DNA of 64,000 nucleotides, taken from NCBI GenBank assembly GCA_951406725.2, contig OX597818.1, positions 130,386,001 to 130,450,000 of the forward strand. Reading direction: 5' to 3'. Shown here in pieces: positions 1 to 10,200 of the stretch; the first letter of the stretch is position 1; each line of letters starts with the position of its first letter. The position numbers were made by a program, and so were the translations under genes. The DNA is from Octopus vulgaris. Its lineage: Eukaryota. The notes beneath the pieces are model-generated. The model did no database searches. It worked only from the letters and a program-made list of their open reading frames with translations, and was not told the DNA's origin.

Positions 1-243
1 AAAAAGCTGGTAGTGGTAACAATAATTGTCGGAGCCCTGGGAACAGCGAGTAAAAACCTTGAAAAGTACATGTAACAAACAGGGGCTGCAATAAGGATGG
101 AGCACTTGCAGAAAATATCACTGCTTGGAACCGCTCAAATACTCTGGAAGGTGCTCGAAAAATAAGAGGTGTTACCCTAGTCCACTGGTAGTGAACAGCT
201 GACACCATAGTACATCTCCAGCTGTGCAAAGACAATACTAATA

Positions 244-292
<49 letters not shown>
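1..292 (+). mobile_element. Dong/R4-type non-LTR retrotransposon 3' end with (TAA)n tail (partial)
   Basis: Same sequence as 6680-6985. Confidence 0.75.
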
Positions 293-293
<1 letters not shown>

Positions 294-3200
294 TGAGCAA
301 TCAGTAGATAAACATAAATGATAAATAATATTAAATGTAATGATGGGAGAGGTAAAAAGAGTTTTTCTTTCATTTCTGTTTCTGTTGCTATACTTCTCAG
401 TGACTTGATGTTGTATTTTTTCTTTATCTTTTTCTTGTCCTTTCATAGACTTGATGTCAGTGGTAGCATCCTTCATAGCCTCGTGTGCCTGCAATACAAT
501 CACAACTTCCTCCACTTTACACTGCAACAACTCATGAGAGTCTATTAAAGGTAACAGCACAGCCTCTTCAAGCTCCAACAACATACCAGTGATCTTGCCA
601 GCCTTATCTGGATACATATTATGAATCAGTGGAAAGAGAGTCTCACCAAACACTTGTTTCTGTTCTTGTGGGGCAATTGCTCCTATCATACTGGAGCTAA
701 GCAGTTCTTGTCCTTCAGTAGTCTTGATGTCAGTGGTAGCATCTTTCATAGCCTCATGTGCCTGCAATACAATCACAACTTCCTCCACTTTACCCTGCAA
801 CAACTCATGAGAGTCTATTAAAGGTAACAGCACAGCCTCTTCAAGCTCCAACAACATACCAGTGATCTTGCCAGCCTTATCTGGATACATATTATGAATC
901 AATGGAAAGAGAGTCTCACCAAGCACTTGTTTCTGTTCTTGTGGGGCAATTGCTCCTATCATACTGGAGCCAAGCAGTTTTTGTCCTTTAATATTCTTGA
1001 TGTCAGTGGTAGCATCCGTCATAGCCTCGTGTGCCTGCAATACAATCACAACTTCCTCCACTTTTCCCTGCAACAACTCATGAGAGTCTATTAAAGGTAA
1101 CAGCTCAGCCTCTTCAAGCTCCAACAACATACCAGTGATCTTGCCAGCCTTATCTGGATACATATTATGAATCAATGGAAAGAGAGTCTCACCAAGCACT
1201 TGTTTCTGTTCTTGTGGGGCAATTGCTCCTATCATACTGGAGCTAAGCAGTTTTTGTCCTTTAATATTCTTGATGTCAGTGGTAGCATCCGTCATAGCCT
1301 CATGTGCCTGCAATACAATCACAACTTCCTCCAATTTTCCCTGCAACAACTCATGAGAGTCTATTAAAGGTAACAGCTCAGCCTCTTCAAGCTCCAACAA
1401 CATACCAGTGATCTTGCCAGCCTTATCTGGATACATATTATGAATCAATGGAAAGAGAGTCTCACCGAGCACTTGTTTCTGTTCTTGTGGGGCAATTGCT
1501 CCTATCATACTGGAGCTAAGCAGTTCTTGTCCTTCAGTAATCTTGATGTCAGTGGTAGCATCTTTCATAGCCTCATGTGCCTGCAATACAATCACAACTT
1601 CCTCCAATTTTCCCTGCAACAACTCATGAGAGTCTATTAAAGGTAATAGCTCAGCCTCTTCAAGCTCCAACAACATACCAGTGATCTTGCGAGCCTTATC
1701 TGGATACATATTATGAATCAATGGAAAGAGAGACTCACCAAGCACTTGTTTCTGTTCTTGTGGGGCAATTGCTCCTATCATACTGGAGCTAAGCAGTTCT
1801 TGTCCTTCAGTAGTCTTGATGTCAGTGGTAGCATCCTTCATAGCCTCATGTGCCTGCAATACAATCACAACTTCCTCCACTTTTCTCTGCAACAACTCAT
1901 GAGAGTCTATTAAAGGTAACAGCTCAGCCTCTTCAAGCTCCAACAACATACCAGTGATCTCACCAGCCTTATCTGGATACATATTATGAATCAATGGAAA
2001 GAGAGTCTCACCAAGCACTTGTTTCTGTTCTTGTGGGGCAATTGCTCCTATCATACTGGAGCTAAGCAGTTCTTGTCCTTCAGTAGTCTTGATGTCAGTG
2101 GTAGCATCCTTCATAGCCTCATGTGCCTGCAATACAATCACAACTTCTTCTACTTTTCCCTGCAACAACTCATGAGAGTCTATTAAAGGTAACAGCTCAG
2201 CCTCTTCAAGCTCCAACAACATACCAGTGATCTCACCAGCCTTATCTGGATACATACCATGAACCAATGGAAAGAGAGTCTCACCAAGCATTTGTTTCTG
2301 TTCTTGTGGGGCAATTGCTCCTATCATACTGGAGCTAAGAGGTTCTTGTCCTTTAATAGTCGTGATGTCAGTGGTAGCATCCTTCATAGCCTCATGTGCC
2401 TGCAATACAATCACAACTTCCTCCACTTTTCCCTGCAACAACTCATGAGAGTCTATTAAAGGTAATAGCTCAGCTTTGTCAAGCTCCAACAACATACCAG
2501 TGATTTTGCCAGCCTTATCTGGATACATATTATGAATCAATGGAAAGAGTGTCTCACCAAGCACTTGTTTCTGTTCTTGTGGGTCACTTGCTCCCATCAT
2601 ACTGGAGCTAAGAGGTTCTTGTCCTTCAGTAGTCTTGATGTCAGTGGTAGCATCTTTCATAGCCTCATGTGCCTGCAACACAATCACAACTTCCTCCACT
2701 TTTCCCTGCAACAACTCATGAGAGTCTATTAAAGGTAACAGCTCAGCCTCTTCAAGCTCCAACAACATACCAGTGATCTCACCAGCCTTATCTGGATACA
2801 TACCATGAATCAATGGAAAGAGAGTCTCACCAAGCACTTGTTTCTGTTCTTGTGGGGCAATTGCTCCTATCATACTGGAGCTAAGCAGTTTTTGTCCTTC
2901 AGTAGTCTTGATGTCAGTGGTAGCATTCTTCATAGCCTCATGTGCCTGCAACACAATCACAACTTCCTCCACTTTTCCCTGCAACAACTCATGAGAGTCT
3001 ATTAAAGGTAATAGCTCAGCCTCTTCAAGCTCCAACAACATACCAGTGATCTTGCTAGCCTTATCTGGATACATATTATGAATCAATGGAAAGAGAGTCT
3101 CACCAAGCACTTGTTTCTGTTCTTGTGGGGCAATTGCTCCTATCATACTGGAGCTAAGCAGTTTTTGTCCTTCAGTAGTCTTGATGTCAGTGGTAGCATT

Positions 3201-3605
3201 CTTCATAGCCTCATGTGCCTGCAACACAATCACAACTTCCTCCACTTTTCCCTGCAACAACTCATGAGAGTCTATTAAAGGTAATAGCTCAGCCTCTTCA
3301 AGCTCCAACAACATACCAGTGATCTTGCCAGCCTTATCTGGATACATATTATGAATCAATGGAAAGAGAGTCTCACCAAGCTTTTTTTTCTTTTCTTGAA
3401 GTGGTACTGCTGTTTTGATACTGGAGGAAAAATTATTGTTTTCATGGATGATCACCACTGCTTGCTGATTATTAGGTTGATCTAGCATCGACTGCATTGT
3501 ACCCATAGGTCTGAAAGGTCTTATTGATCCGAATTTAAAGTTAAATCTGGTATTCTCTGACTGCATTTTATTCATTTCTCTTGTGGTAAAAGGAGAGAAA
3601 GCCAT
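177..3605 (-). CDS. Poly-MLLE (PABC) protein, copy 1: 11 tandem MLLE domains, no RRMs, poly-Leu C-terminal tail
   Basis: 1142-aa intronless ORF. The 91-aa repeat contains [15 protein letters not shown]...[10 protein letters not shown]...[12 protein letters not shown], which matches the PABPC1 C-terminal MLLE domain ([15 protein letters not shown]...[10 protein letters not shown]...KVDEAVAVLQAH). DNA period is 273 bp (621, 894 ... 3351). Confidence 0.85.
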
Positions 3606-3893
3606 TGTTTGTCCTCTTTGTGCAGTGATGGGTCAAGAACCATGGTTGATGGAAACTGTACAATGAGATCCTGTTTGATTAGCTGGTCTCATCTACTGTG
3701 TGAGCAAAGGCTGGTACATAGTGTCCTGCTGGGTTGGGGTTGGCCTAACAGTTGTCCAGCAATGAGGACCCAAGGCCATAAACTGTATTAGCAGAGAGGA
3801 ATAGAATACTTTTCTTGAAACTTGGCTGGTATGAAGCAAAGGGTTAGGTTGCTGGCCTGGAAAATGGTATTGAATTAACTAAGTGGGCTTCTA
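3606..3893 (-). pseudogene. Decayed PABPC linker-coding sequence upstream of the ATG (also upstream of copies 2-4, partial in copy 5)
   Basis: Manual translation in the gene's frame gives QYHFPGQQPNP...RKVFYSS...GPHCWTTVRP...Q*MRP...[14 protein letters not shown], with stops at 3693-3695 and 3633-3635. EAHLVN precedes it after a 1-nt shift. These resemble the PABPC motifs AHLxNQY, PRW..VRP and GARPITGQ. Confidence 0.65.
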
Positions 3894-4178
3894 ATAATGT
3901 GTGTTCTCTTGAATATATTTCTAGATTATGTGGTATCAAGTAACCTACATGAGGAAATTTTAAGCAGAACAGTTGTCAGCAACAATCTAGGTGCTACTAC
4001 CAGTTATCAACACTGCAACAATTGTATCTGACACACATGTTTCCTAAGTCAGTCATAATAATAGAAGTAGTGATAACAATATTATCAGTAGTATTGAAGC
4101 GAATGACCACAATGATAATTCTAGTAGCACTCATACTGACAATAATGATAATAATCATATATGCAGGACCAGATTTAA

Positions 4179-4869
4179 CCCTTTCGTTACTATATTTCTG
4201 ACCAAAATACACCCCTCATGAGTTTCAATTAAATTCTAAAATAATCATGAATCTAGGCTTGTTTCATTAAATAACTGTAACTTTTTTACTTATCAACATT
4301 TTAATGTGATATTTGGAACACAATTAAAGAAAGGGTTCTTAATCAATTCTATTGCATAACTTTTGTCTCAAAGTGACTTTAATTACAGGTAAATCCAGGT
4401 AAATTGAGCAAAAGCTAAAAATATTAAAATTTTAAATTGAGCAAATCGTAAAAAATTAAATTTTGTTTAAACATCACTATAGAAAATGAATCATCAGCTA
4501 ATATTCAAATGGGTATGCAACAAAATTTTGATAAAGAAGAATTGTGCACATCACTATATCATCAGTTGAATTTAATCCACAACAGGTGTACCATAAAGGT
4601 GGAATAAAGTGAAATACTAGAATCCACCGTAAGTTTGACCGAACTAAAGAAATCGGTCAAAAAAATTATATACGGCCCTGGTTATGGTATGGAAGTAATA
4701 AATTCCAGACCACATCGTTCCCTAGGCCATGCTGACTAACATTTTCCCTGTATAAAAACTAAATCCACGCAGTACCCAGTAATTTGCTTGACAAATTTTC
4801 CGAAATTTGATCCCTGATTTTGTGCTTGTTTACGTTCTGCGTAAGTTTGTTTCTGCATTGATCGCTTCA
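4179..4869. mobile_element. Left part of a piggyBac-like MITE (copies at 13407-14098, 20413-21104, 28732-29422)
   Basis: TTAA (4175-4178) is followed by CCCTTTCGTTACTA. The reverse complement of this end occurs at 34427-34440. Confidence 0.75.
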
Positions 4870-4959
4870 TTTTGGTCCCACTGTTGTAAAGAACGTTTTT
4901 ATTATTGTACAGAATCCACTTTACAGAATTGATTTAGAGATCATATTTAAAATACAAAA

Positions 4960-5345
4960 AGGTGTTCCTTATGGAATTGGAACATTTCATCTAAAGTTCA
5001 TCCGATTTGTTAATAATTTTACTTGAACATTTAAAAAGTTTCAATTATTCCATGCAGCAGAGGTTACACAATTATCAGTTGTTAAAGTAAGGCTTAGCAT
5101 GTTTCACAATACTCCAGGTAATATGGAAGACAACATTATTATCCTTTAACTCCCAGATTTTTGCAGCAAGTGAAGTAGTTTTAACCTTATTCCTTCCTTT
5201 AAAGGTGTGAGTGTTGTTATGTGATCTCAGTTTGAAGGGGAAGGAGGTAGAACCTATACAGGTTAAAGTATTCTGGTTAGTGTAAATCATACATTTGTAA
5301 ATAATACTTTTAGCTAGGCCCCTATTATTAAGAGGGCACTAAAAT
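4960..5345 (-). mobile_element. Penelope-like element GIY-YIG endonuclease relic (copies ~14190-14570, ~21195-21575, ~29513-29893)
   Basis: Translation CPLNN...SIIYKC...CIGST..FKLR...LAAKIWELK...ITWSIVK..KPY...LCNLC matches the PLE GIY-YIG pattern and contains stops. Confidence 0.7.
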
Positions 5346-5597
5346 TTATTTCTACAATTACATAGTTTTGATGGCAGAGTAGTAGGGCTATTACAAGTAC
5401 AGGTAATTGGGTTATTATGTTGCAGATAGTTAGCATCACTAGAATTACTATTGTTGTTAAGCCTACCAATTCTACAAGCACCATTGAATAAATATAACTG
5501 TTATCATTAGTATAGTTGCTGTAATTGTTATTATTTATATAAGAATCACTGTGGTCACTATCAATAGTATTACCATCAGCATTACAAATATGAGAAC

Positions 5598-5633
<36 letters not shown>

Positions 5634-5867
5634 CATTATTATTATTATTATTAGTGGTATTGGAGCTAATAAAATGTCATTGTTGTCTTTTGCATGAATA
5701 CTATTGATAATATTGTTACCAGTACATCAGTATAATTAGTATAAAATTAAACTTTCAATTTTAGTTTCAATACAACTATACTTATTAAGAGGAAAATATT
5801 TTTGTGAAATACTAAAAATTTTCTTGGCAAGTTGCATAACAATATAGTAGTCATAATGTTACTACTA

Positions 5868-6240
5868 CATCATCATCATCATCATCATTTAAGGTCTGTT
5901 TTCCATGCAGGCGTGGGATGGACATTTTGACCAGGGCTAGCAAGCTATGGGCTGCACCAGGCTCCAGTCTGATTTGGCATGTTTTCTATGGCTGATTCCC
6001 TTCCTAATACCAACCACTCTGAGATTGTAACGGGTGCTTTTACGTGCTACTAGCATGGGTGCCAGTCACCTGACACCAGTATCTGCCATGACAATGATTT
6101 CCCTTGGCTTGATGGGTCTTCTTCTCAAGCACCGTATATTGCTAAAGGTCTCAGTCATTTGTCATTGCCCCCATGAAGCCCAGCACTCGAAAGGTGATTT
6201 TTACACACCACCTGCACAGGTGCCAGTTATGTGACACCAG
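5868..6240 (-). mobile_element. RTE-type 3'-UTR fragment with (GAT)n tail (copies ~15091-15463, ~24797-25169, ~30437-30809)
   Basis: (CAT)n is followed by sequence shared with the RTE 3' end at 46463-46995 and 49090-49212. Confidence 0.6.
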
Positions 6241-6244
6241 CATA

Positions 6245-6930
6245 AAACTACCTAAAATACAGAGTAGATAAAACACCAGAAAGTGATAAGTGCAGAATCT
6301 GTGGACAAAATGGTGAAACCTTATGCATATTACCAGCCAATATAAGCCATTAGTCTCAGAAGAATATAAGAGATGCCATGACAATATAGTAAGGCTTGTC
6401 CATTGGACACTTTGCAACAAGTATGGACTTGACAGAGAAAAAAATTAGTATGTCCATAATCCCGAAGGCATCATCGAAAATGATAATGCAAAGATCCTGT
6501 GGGATTTTATGATTCAGTGCAACCAAAAGATAGAGAATAGGAAGCCAGACATATAAGCAAACTATGCTGGATCATAGATATAGCATGCCCAGCTGACAAC
6601 AAGGTATGCAATAAGGAAGAAAGAAAAGTCAATAGATATGACGGGTTAGCTTGGGAGTTAAAGCAATTGTGATCAATGAAAAAGCTGGTAGTGGTAACAA
6701 TAAATGTCGGAGCCCTAGAAACAGCGAGTAAAAACCTTGAAAAGTACATGGAACAAATAGGGGCTGCAATAAGGATGGAGCACTTGTAGAAAATAGCACT
6801 GCTTGGAACCGCTCAAATACTCTAAAAGGTGCTCGAAAAATAAGAGGTGTTACCCTAGTCCACTGGTAGTGAACAGCTGACACCATAGTACATCTCCAGC
6901 ATTAAAAGCTGTGCAAAGGCAATAATAATA

Positions 6931-6971
<41 letters not shown>

Positions 6972-6985
6972 TAACAATAATAATG
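6245..6985 (+). mobile_element. Dong/R4-clade retrotransposon 3' relic: CCHC finger, REL endonuclease, (TAA)n tail (copies ~15468-16225, ~25174-25910, ~30814-31555)
   Basis: Broken translation KCRICGQNGETL.HI...YKRCHDNIVRLVHW...KILWDF...RKPDI...IIDIACP...VGAL...ALLGTAQIL, ending in a TAA microsatellite. Confidence 0.8.
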
Positions 6986-7278
6986 AAAATAGTAACAATG
7001 AGAAATCAGTAGATAAACATAAATGATAAATAATATTAAATGTAATGATGGGAGAGGTAAAAAGAGTTTTTGTTTCGTTTCTTTTTCTGTTGCTATACTT
7101 CTCTGTGACTTGATGTTGTATTTTTTCTTTATCTTTTTCTAGATTTGTTCTCTTCAGTCTTTCTTAATGACCCCTAGCCTTGATGGTAGCAGCTTCCTGA
7201 CCCCGATATTCCCGCAATACAACCATAGCTTCTTTGACTTTAGCCTGCAACAACTCTTGATGTCAGTGATAGCATCTT

Positions 7279-10200
7279 TCAAACCTCGTGCGCCTGCAAC
7301 ACATTCAGAGCTTCCTCGGCTTTAGCCTGCAACAACTCATGAGAGTCTATTAAATGTAACAGCTCAGACGTGTCAAGCTCCAACAACATACCAGTGATCT
7401 TGCCAGCCTTATCTGGATACATATTATGAATCAATGGAAAGAGAGTCTCACCAAGCATTTGTTTCTGTTCTTGTGGGTCAATTGCTCCTATCATACTGGA
7501 GCTAAGAGGTTCTTTTCCTTTAATAGTCTTGATGTCAGTGATAGCATCTTTCATAGCCTCGTGCGCCTGCAACACATTCAGAGCTTTCTCGGCTTTAGCC
7601 TGCAACAACTCATGAGAGTCTATTAAATGTAACACCTCAGCCTCTTCAAGCTCCAACAACATACCAGTGATCTTGCGAGCCTTATCTGGATACATGTTAT
7701 GAATCAATGGAAAGAGAATCTCACCAAGCACTTGTTTCTGTTCTTGTGGGTCAATTGCTCCTATCATACTGGAGCTAAGAGGTTCTTTTCCTTTAATAGT
7801 CTTGATGTCAGTGATAGCATCTTTCATAGCCTCGTGCGCCTGCAACACATTCAGAGCTTCCTCGGCTTTAGCCTGCAACAACTCATGAGAGTCTATTAAA
7901 TGTAACAGCTCAGACGTGTCAAGCTCCAACAACATACCAGTGATCTTGCCAGCCTTATCTGGATACATATTATGAATCAATGGAAAGAGAGTCTCACCAA
8001 GCATTTGTTTCTGTTCTTGTGGGTCAATTGCTCCTATCATACTGGAGCTAAGAGGTTCTTTTCCTTTAATAGTCTTGATGTCAGTGATAGCATCTTTCAT
8101 AGCCTCGTGCGCCTGCAACACATTCAGAGCTTCCTCGGCTTTAGCCTGCAACAACTCATGAGAGTCTATTAAAAGTAACACCTCAGCCTCTTCAAGCTCC
8201 AACAACATACCAGTGATCTTGCGAGCCTTATCTGGATACATATTATGAATCAATGGAAAGAGAATCTCACCAAGCACTTGTTTCTGTTCTTGTGGGTCAA
8301 TTGCTCCTATCATACTGGAGCTAAGAGGTTCTTGTCCTTTAATAGTCTTGATGTCAGTGATAGCATCTTTCATAGCCTCGTGCGCCTGCAACACATTCAG
8401 AGCTTCCTCGGCTTTAGCCTGCAACAACTCATGAGAGTCTATTAAATGTAACAGCTCAGACGTGTCAAGCTCGAACAACATACCAGTGATCTTGCGAGCC
8501 TTATCTGGATACATGTTATGAATCAATGGAAAGAGAATCTCACCAAGCACTTGTTTCTGTTCTTGTGGGTCAATTGCTCCTATCATACTGGAGCTAAGAG
8601 GTTCTTGTCCTTTAATAGTCTTGATGTCAGTGGTAGCATTTTTCTTAGCCTCATGTGCCTGCAACACATTCACAGCTTCCTCGGCTTTAGCCTGCAACAA
8701 CTCATGAGAGTCTATTAAATGTAACACCTCAGCCTCTTCAAGCTCCAACAACATACCAGTGATCTTGCGAGCCTTATCTGGATACATATTATGAATCAAT
8801 GGAAAGAGAATCTCACCAAGCACTTGTTTCTGTTCTTGTGGGGGAATTGCTCCAAACATACTGGAGCTAAGCAGTTTTTGTCCTTTAATAGTCTTGATGT
8901 CAGCGGTAGCATCTTTCATAGCCTCATGTGCCTGCAATACAATCACAACTTCCTCCAATTTTCCCTGCAACAACTCATGAGAGTCTATTAAAGGTAACAG
9001 CTCAGCCTCTTCAAGCTCCAACAACATACCAGTGATTTTGCCAGCCTTATCTGGATACATATTATGAATCAATGGAAAGAGAGTCTCACCAAGCATTTGT
9101 TTCTGTTCTTCTGGGTCAATTGCTCCTATCATACTGGAGCTAAGAGGTTCTTTTCCTTTAATAGTCTTGATGTCAGTGATAGCATCTTTCATAGCCTCGT
9201 GCGCCTGCAACACATTCAGAGCTTCCTCGGCTTTAGCCTGCAACAACTCATGAGAGTCTATTAAATGTAACACCTCAGCCTCTTCAAGCTCCAACAACAT
9301 ACCAGTGATCTTGCGAGCCTTATCTGGATACATGTTATGAATCAATGGAAAGAGAATCTCACCAAGCACTTGTTTCTGTTCTTGTGGGTCAATTGCTCCT
9401 ATCATACTGGAGCTAAGAGGTTCTTGTCCTTTAATAGTCTTGATGTCAGTGATAGCATCTTTCATAGCCTCGTGCGCCTGCAACACATTCAGAGCTTCCT
9501 CGGCTTTAGCCTGCAACAACTCATGAGAGTCTATTAAATGTAACACCTCAGCCTCTTCAAGCTCCAACAACATACCAGTGATCTTGCGAGCCTTATCTGG
9601 ATACATATTATGAATCAATGGAAAGAGAATCTCACCAAGCACTTGTTTCTGTTCTTGTGGGTCAATTGCTCCTATCATACTGGAGCTAAGAGGTTCTTGT
9701 CCTTTAATAGTCTTGATGTCAGTGATAGCATCTTTCATAGCCTCGTGCGCCTGCAACACATTCAGAGCTTCCTCGGCTTTAGCCTGCAACAACTCATGAG
9801 AGTCTATTAAATGTAACAGCTCAGACGTGTCAAGCTCCAACAACATACCAGTGATCTTGCCAGCCTTATCTGGATACATATTATGAATCAATGGAAAGAG
9901 AGTCTCACCAAGCATTTGTTTCTGTTCTTGTGGGTCAATTGCTCCTATCATACTGGAGCTAAGAGGTTCTTTTCCTTTAATAGTCTTGATGTCAGTGATA
10001 GCATCTTTCATAGCCTCGTGCGCCTGCAACACATTCAGAGCTTCCTCGGCTTTAGCCTGCAACAACTCATGAGAGTCTATTAAAAGTAACACCTCAGCCT
10101 CTTCAAGCTCCAACAACATACCAGTGATCTTGCGAGCCTTATCTGGATACATATTATGAATCAATGGAAAGAGAATCTCACCAAGCACTTGTTTCTGTTC

